From the NCBI GenBank assembly GCA_964035545.1, contig OZ037768.1:18893700-18957699 (forward strand): a stretch of 64,000 bases of DNA. Reading direction: 5' to 3'. Positions 26,991 through 42,395 of the stretch are shown one piece after another; the first letter of the stretch is position 1; the number at the start of each line of letters is the position of its first letter. The stretch comes from Bugula neritina (taxonomy: Eukaryota; Animalia; Bryozoa). The notes below the pieces were generated by a model. It worked only from the letters and a program-made list of their open reading frames with translations, had not been told where the DNA came from and searched no databases. A program made the translations under genes and the position numbers.

Positions 26991-27744
26991 TATGCGTGTT
27001 GTGTTGTGTGCATCCTATGTAATATCTATTCTGATTCACAATAATTTGTATGCCTATAATATAAGACTGGGTTTACTGTAGCAGTGTATAAGCATAAGCC
27101 AGGATTGACTGTAGTTGAATAAAATAACACGCTGTGGTTTGAATACGTAGTTGGTTTTAAACCCTGCAGCACAATTATCATATCAGCAGCAGTTCAAATT
27201 TTCAATTTGATATACTGCTTGAATGTCTATGTTAACATCGTTTCAAAGGCACCATCAGCATCTCTGTTTGACTTTAGTTGGTATAGGCTACCTAAGTCAT
27301 ACATTACAAATTAACCTATTATAAATTATTACTATATTATCTAAAAATAAGTTTGAAGAACAAATCATTTGAATTTGTGTATTTATTTAATAAAGTAATT
27401 CTGAGTGTAAATAAATTTATAAGTACAGAATATTTTCAACTCCATCACCAGTAAGTGTAATTAAAACTATAAACAATATAAAAGTAATAAAAGTACATAT
27501 ACTCCAAAGCATATTGGTGCTGAAAATGTGAAAATAAACATTATTTGTCTTGGAATATGCTTTTTCACAGTAACTGTGATCGACAGGAAGGATACCTATG
27601 CACAGGGCACTGCTCTCTATAGGCATGCACACAGCTTGTCTACAAAAAGCCAATGTGAAAGCTTTGCAATTTTGGTGGAAAGCACCAGTTCAGAGTAATT
27701 TCAAACTCACCAAATAATATATTTGTTGCAGCTTTTAGGTTAGC

Positions 27745-28190
27745 TTGGGGGGGGGGGGCTCGGTATAATAGTATGGGTTGCTTGGCTTTCGATGTAACTC
27801 TAGCTCCTGTCATTCTGTAAGGGGAAAGAATTAAAACGCCAGGTTAGGGTATTTGTCTGGTGGTGCTCCGCAGTCTAGGATCCTGAGCTAGCACTCACTG
27901 ATACACCCCAACACATTCTATTGTATTTAAAAGCATCTACTCTCCTCTGTCCACAATCCTCAAGCGCACTCAATCTTCTTCAATTACTCCTCAATCCCTA
28001 ATCTTTCTCATACACACTCTGTTTTACATCTGCCACACTCATACAAGCCACACCCCTACTATATCTACGGTATATTAATGCAAATATCACACCCGTACAG
28101 AGTTGTGCACCCCCATACACGCAACAATAAAAGGAGACAACTACAACTAGGTTAAAAATCTTAATACAACAATTTTACCACAGGATGTAC
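27745..28190 (+). mobile_element. Interspersed repeat copy A (same family as 63040-63470)
   Basis: Shared blocks AGCTCCTGTC, CTGGTGGTGCTCC, TCCTGAGCTAGCACTCAC, ACAAGCCACACCC, AGAGTTGTGCACCCC. Confidence 0.8.
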
Positions 28191-28474
28191 ATATTGTAGC
28201 TGTTGAAATGTATTATAATTACTAATTCTCAGTTTTAATACAGGCTTACATCTTTCATGTGCTGCTTTGCTTTATGAAAAGATGAACGTGGCGAGATGCG
28301 AACATGAAGTGCACGTAAACCAATGATCAAACATCAGTTAACTGCTGGTGTATACTGTAATTGATAAAATAATACAAGAAAAAAAAAAGAAAATACCTCT
28401 ATTTGCAGGCAAAGATGAAAGTTAATATTTTCGAATGTATAAAAAATACAATCTACAGTATATTTGTATAACAG

Positions 28475-28959
28475 TTTTTTTTTTTTGTTTTTTTTTGTTT
28501 TTTTTTTTTTTAATATTATAAGGTACATATAATATTATTATATAAATACAGTATGATGCTTGAAAATAAAGATTGTATTGAGTATTATATTGAGTGTATG
28601 AGTGTTATAGCCTGGCCTTGGTTGTCATCTGTTCTGGGTAATTAGAACATCAGTCTTCTAGTGAGGTTCAAGAATGAAATGACTGATTCCCAGTTATCCG
28701 TGGAGGGGTTAGTATGAGCTCTGGCGACATCATAGTCTGCACACAAGTACATGTAGTGATATGCTGTTTCTTCTTCTATTAAACAAGTACATACTGGGGT
28801 GTATGTAAGATTTATTCTGTATTGGAAAGAAAGGAGCCTGCTGTGACCAGTGAGAAGATCACATAATGCTCCAACATCTTTTCTCCTGTTGTTCAATGGT
28901 AGTGGTTTGTGGAACAAATGTTCCGGTTCCAGAACAGAGAGTATGCCATATGGGCACAT
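28475..28959 (-). mobile_element. 3' fragment of a non-LTR retrotransposon ORF2 with a C-terminal zinc knuckle
   Basis: ORF 28959-28642 contains LLTGHSRL...PVCTC...EETAYHYMYLC, the TGH..CxC..ET..H..C tail of I/R1/Jockey-group LINEs; an A-rich tract on the minus strand at about 28475-28511 may be the tail. Confidence 0.7.
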
Positions 28960-28964
28960 ACTCT

Positions 28965-29140
28965 CGAATCAGTATTCAATTGTAATTGATTGACTGCTAG
29001 TAGAATCGGCTTTTCTCCGAGTCGAGTTTTCAATTGTCATCGCAACTAGGATAAATTGGCATATCCTAGTAGCGATAACAATTGGCAATTCTCCTAGCAA
29101 TTTTGAACAAAAGGCTCCTGTTGGCCGCTGTGGTGTTACA
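28965..29140 (-). mobile_element. Second Ginger-like terminal fragment
   Basis: Contains ACTAGGATAAATTGGCA and TTGGCAATTCTCCTAG, similar to 26700-26740; ends GGTGTTACA (reverse complement TGTAACACC). Confidence 0.45.
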
Positions 29141-29589
29141 GTAATCATCAAAGCTATAACCATATTAATTGCTATTCTTAGTTCAAGTATAAACATAATC
29201 AATATTATAAATTAAACTTACAAATTCTACTCCTGCTAGGTTTTAATTACTTCATGTGAAAGTTTGAAGCTGTCCCTGACTGGTTGAGCGACCTAAGCAC
29301 ACGCTCTGGAAAACTGTCTCGCTTAGAAGTTATCCTTTCTCCACAAACTTTACCGCAATCATTTATTTGTTATTGCTAGGTAACATTTTCTTATTTTCAT
29401 TGAAAATGTGATAAAAGTAAGTGCATTTGTTAATCATGAGGTTGCAGCTATAACCTATGGTCATTTGAAAGCTCTGTAACTTATAAAAGGTGCAGTATTG
29501 GTTTTTGCAGACTATCGTGATAACTCATAGCCGTTAGCCAGAGAAGAAATAATATTTAAATTTATGATCTTTTAAACAAAAAGCAAAAA

Positions 29590-30130
29590 ATTGAGCTTAA
29601 AGTTAAACTTAAACTAAAAGTAAAAGTAAATCATTTAGTAAATGACTAATCTGGTAATCATCTAATCACTAATGAGTGAAGTAAACTTAATGTTAAAGTT
29701 CACTGCTAAACAGTAAACTAAAACTTGACGTGTAAGTTAAAGTTGGCACAAATGCAAGTCCAACTACAACTTGTAGTACAAAATTCACAATTCAACTTCA
29801 AGAGTCATTACTCAGTCAAGACTAGGGTAGTTATTAACTCTTACGCTAAGTCTAACAGACACTCGCACTGACAGTAACACTATCACTTATCAGTATGAGT
29901 ATCTCACTGTTTGTACTTCAGTCTACTTGCCACTTGGTATTGTACTTGTAGCTGTAAGTCAAAGTGTGCCGTTGACTTACAGTTACACTAACTCTAAGTC
30001 TAAGCGTGAATCTGAAAGTGAGATTGAGTGGATAATTTAATTAAACTGTAAAGGAATTCGACTCACAATCGCATAAGGCTAAGCTTGAAGTGAAATATTA
30101 ATTATTAATATAAGCATAATGATGAAGTTA
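29590..30130. repeat. Degenerate 6-bp-period TNA tract in the first intron of the orphan gene
   Basis: TTA-aag-TTA-aac-TTA-aac-TAA-aag-TAA and TAA-ctc-TAA-gtc-TAA-gcg-TGA-atc-TGA-aag-TGA-gat-TGA. Confidence 0.75.
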
Positions 30131-30490
30131 TTCTAATCAAATTCAATGTTGAAAACTTAATGATAATCTTTAAGATGCTAAAAACTAGATCAAGTAGTTT
30201 GCAACTAACTTGCCTAAACTTAACGCCTGTAGTAAATTAATCAAAGTTATAAAAAAACTAGTGGAGCAAGTCAAGTTAACTTGGGTAAAAAAATTCCTCA
30301 CATACTCTAATTAGCTAATAATACTCAATTCGTTATTGCTTAAGCCCAGATCTGTTTATGATAGTATACGGTAGCTCTAAGGAAAAGTGGTTGATTTGAA
30401 CTTTTACTTCCAGCTTCACAGTCTGACTCTGCACATATGTTTCCTTTATGCATTGTATTGTTTTGTTTTTCAGATTTATTGTTAGCATAG

Positions 30491-33485
30491 ATGGGTGACC
30501 CAGTGGAAAAACTAAATAAGAACACATTTTCTGAAGGTATGTTTGAACTCTGATTGTATAATTTCTTATAACATAATTTATGACATTAAAAAAATATTGT
30601 TCCTTCTTTGGGCTTATTACATAGTAATTTTGACTAAAAAATAGTATTTTGCTAAATTTTATACCAGAATTCATAAAAAGTAAGTTTATTAAGAGGCAGC
30701 TTGTCATTCAAGGGCAAGTTTCAAACATGTTTGACTAAAGATGAACTTTTTGTGACTGTGTCAGCTGTAGGCTTTATTCTTTTCATGTGGCCAAACTGCT
30801 TCTACCAAGTTTGAGTATAAAGTGACTGACATTTCTAAAAGCCAATAACTCAGAGGTGGGTTCATATATAATGTGGGTTAAGTGATAACTACTGTTGGTA
30901 ATGTTTGCTCACTGTTGTAGATGTCCAAGACCGGAATAGCGGTGATTCAAGTGATATTATGTACGTATTTTAACTACCATTATTTTTGAACACCTGTTTT
31001 TATAGAATAATGAATAAATTGTTCCCTTTTCACCACTATATATTTCTTTGAGTTTAGATTCTGATTTTAACTATAATGGGGAAAAAGCCCTACTAAATGT
31101 GGGGCCAGGTGACTTGGATTTCCCCACATTGACACAAATATATTAGCTAGTAAATTTCCAGTGTCACAGAATTGTGTGTGGTAGGTCGCTCTAGAATGGA
31201 TTTTCCCAAATTTTGGTCTGCATGCTGGAACTTCATCTAATGCTAAGAATATGATTGTATACAAAACATGTAAACAACTTTACATATGTACCAAAAAGTA
31301 CTTTCTATTATTTATTGCAGGCAAAGATCCAATGACAATATATCTCCAAACAAAGTCCCAAAAATATGTGAGTAAAGTGTTATGGTAATGGGCTACAAAT
31401 TGTCGTGTATTGGAGTTTTACCTCCCTGTGATTTTAAATATGGCATGTCATGTCAATACAGTTTTAAAATTAATAATGGAAAGGCCAATTTCAGACTAAA
31501 ATGTTTTCACACAATAACCCTCAGCTATGGAAAATATGGAAGCAAGCTAAATGGTAAATAGAAGTACATTTTCCAATGCTGTAAAACTGCGAATATTTGC
31601 CAGTTTGAAAACATCGCATTACAAAATCTGCAAATTAATTGGTGTAATAAATGCTTTTCTATTTTATGCCACAGTACAAAAAATAACCATAAGTCTTTGC
31701 TGCAGTACATTATTTTACATGCACCTCAGTCTATTGTACAGTACTTGGAGTTGTATACCCAAACAAATCAGTTTTATGTGGTATACTATAGTTTTCATTA
31801 GCTTGACTTAATTTTTGATCACTTGAATCTGTCCCAGTTGCTATAGTGTTGTAAATGTAATACTAATTGTTATTATATCTTATTTTTAGCTGCTGTAATT
31901 AGACAGATTAATAAGCAATTTTGGAAAACAGTGACTGCATAATTTTTACTTGCTATGTTTTCAACTATGGTTTTGTCAACAGCTACATTCTAGATATGGA
32001 TGTCATAGTCATACAGTCGTATAACCATTATTACTGTTTCTATTTATCAGTAGCCATCTTTAACGTAGATGTAGATATACAATATTTTTGGATCAAGCTG
32101 GTGTTTCCTCCTGAATGAATTGTCTGAGAAATAGACTATATTATATTGCTAAAACACAACTTCTGTTATTTGATCCCTCAATGTTTTATGTTAACGCACT
32201 TAATGTAAGTTTGGCAAAATAGAAAATATCTGTTATATTACGACAAATGTAAAAATTACAAATATTCAAATATGTGCTACCTAACTATCAAATTGTTTAA
32301 TGTGGGCTAAATTAATTATTGTAGCTGGTAGCTCGTGGGTCCAATCATACAGAAGAGTGATTGCTATTCTACCTGGATCAGGTAAGAACAGCCAACCTCT
32401 TACCCTCAATTTGTAATTAAATTCTGCCATTGAGGTATTGACATGATTTTCGGCTGACCTGGTGCTTGGCAGTAGGTCTCTACCCGTTGACTCATTCTGC
32501 GTTGCTTCAACTTTTCTAAATTTACAGCTTAGTGGTCTATTATTTTTCGGCTTCAAGAGTTTAATTTTTCAACAATTTTTAGTTGTTGTAGATTTTATAG
32601 ACCCATAAATAAGGGGCAAGCAATGCTTATGTGCAAAATAGCAATGAGTCACAGGGTTAGGGAGTTAACCACCCATGCATATAACTTCTTCTCGTTTTTA
32701 AGCTGTTAATGTCGGCACCAAGAAACTTGAGCTGCTATTTTCAATTTATATCATTGCAAGGTTTAATTTACTAATGTCACAAACTAAAGTAATATAATTA
32801 TTATCAGTTTCCATTTTGTAATAATTTTCAGCCCTAAAATAATTTGTTCAATCATTTTTTTAAAGTAGTTATTATATTTATGATCAGTACAAAAAGCTAA
32901 GTAAAGCAATCTATCAATTTAATTGTTTCTACACAGTCAGCTTAAAACTTTTATAAATGACCAGGTATATACTCTGTAAAAATGAGTTAACTTGATCAAT
33001 TAAAAGTCTTGCAACAAATCAGATCAATTGGTTTAGCAAGTTCAGTCAGTTTTATCAGGTAACATAAGCTGGTGGTGGCTGTCAATTATGGGTTAGAAAT
33101 CCATAATGGTTATTAATGTTTTTCTCATATTAATAGTATATATTTACTAGTTGTGATTCTTAAACTAAAAAGCAAAAAAATTTTCAACACTTTGTAGCCG
33201 TAAAAATGTTATTTATTGAGTATTCCATTATTTCTGCTCAAAGAACTTTATAATTATCTTATTGTAAAACCACAACTACAATTTCCAGTCAAATTTGTAG
33301 GAAAGAAGGGAACAATGACTAATGATGTGGAAAGTAGTGACGATGAGGAAAGTGATACTCGAAGTGAAGGAGTTATCGAAACATCTTCATCCTCCAGTGG
33401 AATTGAGGAAGGCATACCATTCCCCACAAAGCCTAAGGTTATAGCTAAAAGATCTGAGATCAGTCAACAATCCTCTCACCATTGA
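30491..33485 (+). CDS. Uncharacterised 124-aa acidic/Ser-rich protein; exons 30491-30536, 30921-30960, 31321-31367, 32325-32381, 33301-33485; probable non-coding exon near 29270-29379
   Basis: Five exons with AG/GT boundaries join in phases 1, 2, 1, 1 without stops: MGDPVEKLNKNTFSEDVQDRNSGDSSDIMQRSNDNISPNKVPKISGSSWVQSYRRVIAILPGSGKKGTMTNDVESSDDEESD...QQSSHH*; AATAAA at 33609. Confidence 0.65.
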
Positions 33486-33652
33486 TATTTTCATGTGCTT
33501 TATTAGTCTATTTCCTAGTCATAACATTCTTTTTTGAGAATTCATTGCCGATCTTTGAGCAAGAGAGAAGCTAACTTGTAAATAATGAGTATTTTTGTCA
33601 ACCAAAACAATAAATGTAAAAATATAAGACCATTTTATTGTTTATAAACCAA

Positions 33653-36600
33653 TTATTTGTCGAGTAAGTACATTGAGTAGAGCTTTTTTTGTTCATCACT
33701 GCTAAATTTAGGTAAAAAGTTAACTTTTACTATTTCTGAAAACCCTTCATCTAAACAGGGCTCTGTGTATTTGGATTTGTAAGAGTTAACAATCATTTCA
33801 TTTATAGGCTTGTGCTGCGTCTCCGTCAACTGTCTGTAAATTTCGTTATGTCTTGCTTGTTTATACGATGTGGCCATCAAGAAGCATCGAATTGGAATAT
33901 TGTACTTTTTTGCTACTTGCACATAGCGAGCTCTGGATTCTCTGTCGGGGTTTGTGTTGTCCACAACTACACGCTTCTTCAGCTTCACCTCAGCTTCACA
34001 TCTGTCAACAACAAAACAACTTGGTCGGAAAGGAGATAACTTCATATTTGCAATGTATGCGCGATAAGTCAAGCAAGTCTGAGCTAGAAAAATATAATGT
34101 TTTCAGTTGTGTACAGAGTTGTAAATTTAGGACTTAGCCTGTGTAATTTGAATTTAAAAATAAACAAAAGTAGTTAGTACACCTGAAAATAACATCACAA
34201 TGCCAACTTTTAGTGCCAAAACGTTGAGTTTGCAAGCTACCAACTAAACCTATGACAAAGTCTCAATATTATAGTTCCAAGCCACCAGCACTAAGTGCTT
34301 CAACATAAATCATTTTTCCGTTTGTTAGATTAGCTGTAGGAAATTTTTGCCCAAAGCTGAAGCTTCCAAAAACACCAGCAGATGTAGAACTGGTACACAT
34401 CAAGAAGCTTACAATTTACATAAAACTCACTTGGCTACACATTTCTGCCACGAGCCTAGAGTGTCTCTGTTGACATGCACATAGTCCCTCATATGTTTGG
34501 TTGACACAAAGCTTTTGCCACTTCCTGGGAAACCAACCATTATAACAATTTCCTGTGAGTCAGAGATGAGCTTGCTAGTGGTGGGGTTCAACAACTCTTT
34601 CACTTTGAATACCTCAGAAGGTTTGAACTCTGGTAATTCAAATTTTCCTTCCGGTTCACCATTAAAGAACATTTCAGGGGTAGCAAAAGGAACACCTTAA
34701 ACATAAAAAAAATTTAGTATAGTGTTCAGTTCAAACATTCATCAAGCATTCCATTATTTATTGCTCAACAAGCGATATAACGACTGAGTTGAGAAAAAGA
34801 AGAGCCAGTGAACACAGCACGAGTTAAATTATATAGCAGTGAAATGCAGTAGAAATGACGGAGTAGATGTAAGCCAAACCTGGTGTACATAAGCACTTTC
34901 TGTGCTTGGGATATCAAGTGATGAAAGTATTGCAATATATATTTTTTTCAAATTCCTATAAAAAAAGTAATCAATTTTAAAGGAAAGGAAGACCTGCAAT
35001 TTTACATTGTTCCAAGGAATTGATACGAAGATCCAATTTACCATTACACAAAAAAGCTTGGTTTGAGCCTACCAGACCCTAACCTTGAGAGAGAACAATC
35101 TCATCATATCAAATCTAGTTGCCACAGTTTCCCTGGGCTTTAAACAATGCTAAGATAATGTTTACTGCTGCAACACTATTTTTTGATGAATTGATATAAA
35201 AAATTATAACTAAAAACAATGCAGCCATCAATCTGATGAACTAGCATTGTCAAATTTGCATCTGTGGGTACATTTCACAACCACTCACCTATGTTGAGAG
35301 CAAAGAGCCTATCTGAGCAAGAAAAGTCTTTCTTTTTGCCCGGTTTCCAATTATTCACTCTCCCTGCAGCATCTCCAACATACATGCACTTGGAACTATC
35401 TACTTGCACTCCATTGTTACAGGAAATTACATGATTCCACATGCCAGGAAGTGGTTTCCTATACTTCCCTACAAACAGGTGTATATTGAAGTTACAGTTG
35501 AGGTAGAAGTCAAATCAGGTAGTGGCAGATGTAACAATTGGTTGATTAGCTTACACTTAATTTTTGTCAAATTAGAACTGACCAGATTTGCCTCCAGCAA
35601 TCATAGCCATCATCGGAATACCGGCAGCATTGATGATGGACTCAATTTTGTGTTGAATATCTTTAGCAGACTGGGTACCTCTGAATATACCGGCTTGGTT
35701 GGTGAATATCACCATCCTGTGACCGTCCGAGTGCAGAGCCTGCAACTTCTTAGGAATTGATGAGTTCCAAAATTTCCAGTCATCTGCAAATAACAGAGTA
35801 ATCAAGGAATTGAAGGAGCATTGATCATTACTCGTGCAATGGTGTGCCCACCGAATTGAAAAAGGAGTTTACTTCAACGGGTGTACCAGTCAATCAGTTG
35901 TTCAAGAACCGCACCTTTATCTTTCGGCCACTTAGCACCACTCTTAGTAACAATCAATGTGCCATCCATATCAAAGCCAATAATTTTAGAGCTAGCAGCA
36001 CCATCCGCAGGAGTAAACATGTAAGTCAATGGAGAAGGTTCCGTCCACTCTCCTACAACTATTACCAGACACCAAATAGAATGTAACTCGCAATGATTAC
36101 TTAAATTCTAGATATTTATCAAATGACCATGCTGTGAGTTTCAATAGAATGTCGTTTTACTCCAAATAGATACTTTATCTTAGCTAACAAATTATAAAAA
36201 TATCTAAGTTTTTTTCACAAAATAAATTGGTAAAAGAAATAGCAGCAGTTCATAAAATTCAAAATTAGAAGCAATTTTTAAAAAGTTGTCCTAATGTTAT
36301 TCTAAGTGTTTTACTCAACTAAACAAGTCACCAGTGGTGAAATTATTTAATTGCTTTCAGTTAGAAAGTTAGAGTACTGATGTGTAGATGCTTTTGTTCC
36401 AAGGGAAAAACCAGTAAGTACAGCATTATTGAACTAATAAATAAACACAGGAATTTTTGTCAATTAATTTGAAAATATATTTTAAAATTTTTTATGCAAT
36501 TACTTAGAAACCAGACTAAATCGAGTGTTGAATATTCACACACGTTGTTACCAAAAAAATTGATTATTGACACTATTGGATTCTGTCAGTAAAGTTTATG

Positions 36601-37241
36601 TTGTAACTTTTGTTAATCCAGGTCAAAACCTACCTAAGAGAAAGCGACTCCAAATTAAAAACAAAATGGAAAGTTAATACTGCAAAACTAGATACGGCCA
36701 ACAATAATAATTCAGCTTCTTACTCACTAGCAAGCTTGCTTTCCTCAGCATCACATTTTTTAATTTTCTTAGAAATGTACGAGTCTAATGTCGGTTGTGG
36801 CCGCTTGGAGCCACTCACAGAGGAAGAAGTCTTTGTTTTTACATTGTTACCATCTGACTTTGTTTCTTCCCTGACTACAAGTTTATAGCCGTACAGCAAG
36901 TCTTTATTTATCAAATACAAAATGGATTTGCCATTTCTTTCTATGTCTAATTTTTTGATGGGCACACGTTTTACATCATGCTTTGCAAGTATATAAGTAT
37001 TGCCATCACAGTCTGAAACGGAAGAAGGGTTGGATCCCAGTTGAGTTAACACAAGTTCATTTGAGTTGACGTCTAGTCTCAGCTTTGTATGTTCTCTAGA
37101 GCAACGCTTATCTGTTATTCCTGTGATATCAGAACGGCCCAGAACCACCTCATTGTTGTCATTTAAGTTACTAATTACTATTTCAGGATGCTTTTCAATT
37201 TTAGGAGAAAACTGTGGCACTAGTGTGACATGGCAGTTCAT
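33653..37241 (-). CDS. PNKP: Bifunctional polynucleotide kinase 3'-phosphatase; exons 37241-36728, 36052-35915, 35783-35583, 35468-35289, 34695-34431, 34001-33653 (548 aa)
   Basis: FHA domain (VLGRS...ITDKRCSR), HAD phosphatase (GFDMDGTLI, FTNQAGI, YRKPLPGMW, YVGDAAGR, DFSCSDRLFA), kinase P-loop GFPGSGKS, VNRDTLGSWQKC, VVDNTNPD. Confidence 0.95.
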
Positions 37242-38149
37242 GGTGATCTACAAAATAATATTTATTATGTCTATTTTAATAATGCACATAGTTCTTAGCT
37301 AATACAAAGTAACAAATCATTTAATAAAAATTAATTTCAATGAAGGAAAAAGAACAGCAATGCACAGCAATGTGTACTAGTTCATCCCTAACATTGCTGT
37401 TTTTAGAAATACATAAAAGCATAGGAAAAACTAGGTTTTACTAAATGTATGATGCCAAAAATAGAATAAACATTTAATAATTGCATTACAGAGCTAAGTA
37501 TTATGCCTTACATACATTTACATACAACTATAAATATGTGCCATTATTTATTATTTGTTGGTTTAGTTGTATAGCAAGCATATTCTTTGGATTCTTTTTA
37601 TATTCAATTGGTTAAATAAAAACTAAGTAAAAATAGAGTTTTTATCACCGTTCACAAAATTTAGTACTGAAGGTTAATGTTTGAGCAAAAGTGTGAACAC
37701 AACTGATTGGGTGAATTCAGTTAAGTCAATTTTTGGCGATTAAAGAACTAATTTAGAGTACGCTTATTTCTATTACATTAATTTTTTTTCAAATATTTTG
37801 ACACATCAAACCTTGTTAGATGCTGCAAAAATGCTCCACAAATCTGATTGCGAAGTCAAAATGTATCAGAAACCAAATAAAATATGGCATCAATTAACCT
37901 TACCAAGACTGATAGTAAAAATTTTGTTACCATAGAGCAAATGGCAACTTGTGAAAATTGGCTACATTAAAGTTAATCACTTGCATCAGTACTCTCAATT
38001 AATAAGCACGCATGTTCACAATATTTACAGTGATTGCAACTATAGCAGAATATAATAGCTAAAAAACAAACATCTATCAATTTTACATGATTAATTATAT
38101 ATAAAACTTTTCAATGATCACAAGATAAGTTCAAGAAAGTTTTGACACT

Positions 38150-39130
38150 ATGAGTATTAGTAATAGTAATATTTAAAGTAGCCTAAAAATTGTGTTGAAC
38201 ATTGCAAAATTTTACCCTGCTATAGCTATGATTATCAGTATGGTAGCACTAGCTACAGTAAAACTGAACAACAATATCATAATATCATATTGGATATATG
38301 AATATCAACATTACTATAACTTATGAGTAGATCTAATGACTAGTGAATATTGCACTCAATAGACATACTCACACTGATACTTCTACAGTGACTGTAACAG
38401 CCATAGCAATAGTCATACTCATAGAGTATCATAGTCATAGTGATGCTCATGCTGATATATCATTATCATAAAAGTGATTATCATACTGATACTGATAATA
38501 TCACTGTCGCAGTGAAGTAATACTGATAATCATAAATATAGTACCAGTATCACTCAATGTGTCACTGTTATACTGATACTGATAGTCATAGTGATAGTCT
38601 GATGGTCACTTACTCTTAGAATTGGTGATACTCATACTCATAGTTACAGTGATAGTTAATGTCATACTGATACTTAAAGTTAAACTGTCAAAGTGAAACT
38701 CCAACTGCAATTTACTATTACTATTATACTTAGTATTACAGTGACAGTAGAACTAGATGTAACAGTAATACTAATACTAATAGTAATACTATTCAAATAG
38801 TAATACTAATACTATTACTATTAGTATTACTATTACTATTAGTATTAATAATTATTAGTATTACTATTAGTATTTGACAGCAGTACCATTACTATTAAGT
38901 ATTAACAGTTCAATAATAATTCTGTATTACTACTAGAGTACTAGGCAATTACTCATTAGTATTATCATTATTAGATTCAGTTTTACTCATTTCGGTTTAC
39001 TTTTACTTTTAGTCTTACTTTTAGTTTTAGTGAAACTGAAAGTGAAACCGGAAACGAGCCTGCACCTCTCAAAAATTACTAATTACTATTAGTATTAGGC
39101 TCCTGTTACTATTACTGATTAAATTACATC
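38150..39130. repeat. Degenerate 6-bp-period TNA tract between PNKP and alpha-tubulin 1
   Basis: agtcat actcat, agtgat, actgat actgat, agtaat actaat, switching to the opposite-strand form actatt agtatt; CCGGAA at about 39048. Confidence 0.85.
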
Positions 39131-39544
39131 ATCATCATTTCAAATGCTACAAAGCCAATAGACAATACCAAGCATGATTAATGATAATTTGATCTTCATG
39201 ATTAATTATTCATCCAGTGTTATAATTTTTATTTTTAAACTCATTAAATTTGATAACCATCATGGTGATAAACGGAAAAACCATACATTACCGTAAACTT
39301 GATGAGCTGTGCATTGTGTAATGAGATCCTCAAACAAGAAAGGATAACACGTTACACAGGCTTTATGTGCCATTTACAAGTATACATAACTCCTACCCAG
39401 TAATTATCATTATTACTGGAGAACCCCTGGGCCCTTAACCAAGTAACTTTACAAACAAATCAGCTCAAATTCAGCAACCTAGTAACCTGAAAAGTAATAA
39501 TATGCACTGGATAAATTCCTAGCTCAAAGTATAAAATCACAACA

Positions 39545-39800
39545 ATCACAACCAATCACAGACTAAAGAAGCGTCAATAACGCTATGAAAACACTGTAAA
39601 GTGTAAACAGTGATTGATCACATCGAAATGTAGAACTCTCGCGCCATACTCCTATTAGTTTCGCCTGCAAACACCTGCAACCAATGAAATGCAACAATGT
39701 TGTCCAATCAGAGCAGTGTACCCGCGAATACTTCGTAATTGTGCAGACGTCGCAAATTATTATTCATTCTCTGAGGAGCAGCTTGCCTGACTTAAAACGG
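39545..39800 (+). promoter_or_regulatory. Alpha-tubulin 1 promoter region with CCAAT boxes
   Basis: CCAAT at about 39552, 39681 and 39704; CpG-richer than flanks; upstream of the ATG at 39878. Confidence 0.55.
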
Positions 39801-39877
39801 TCTCGAGCGAGGTTTGCCCATATCCTTTCTCAAGTCAGATTTATCTCATAAAAACCAGCAACTTACTCATCAACAAT

Positions 39878-42395
<2,518 letters not shown>

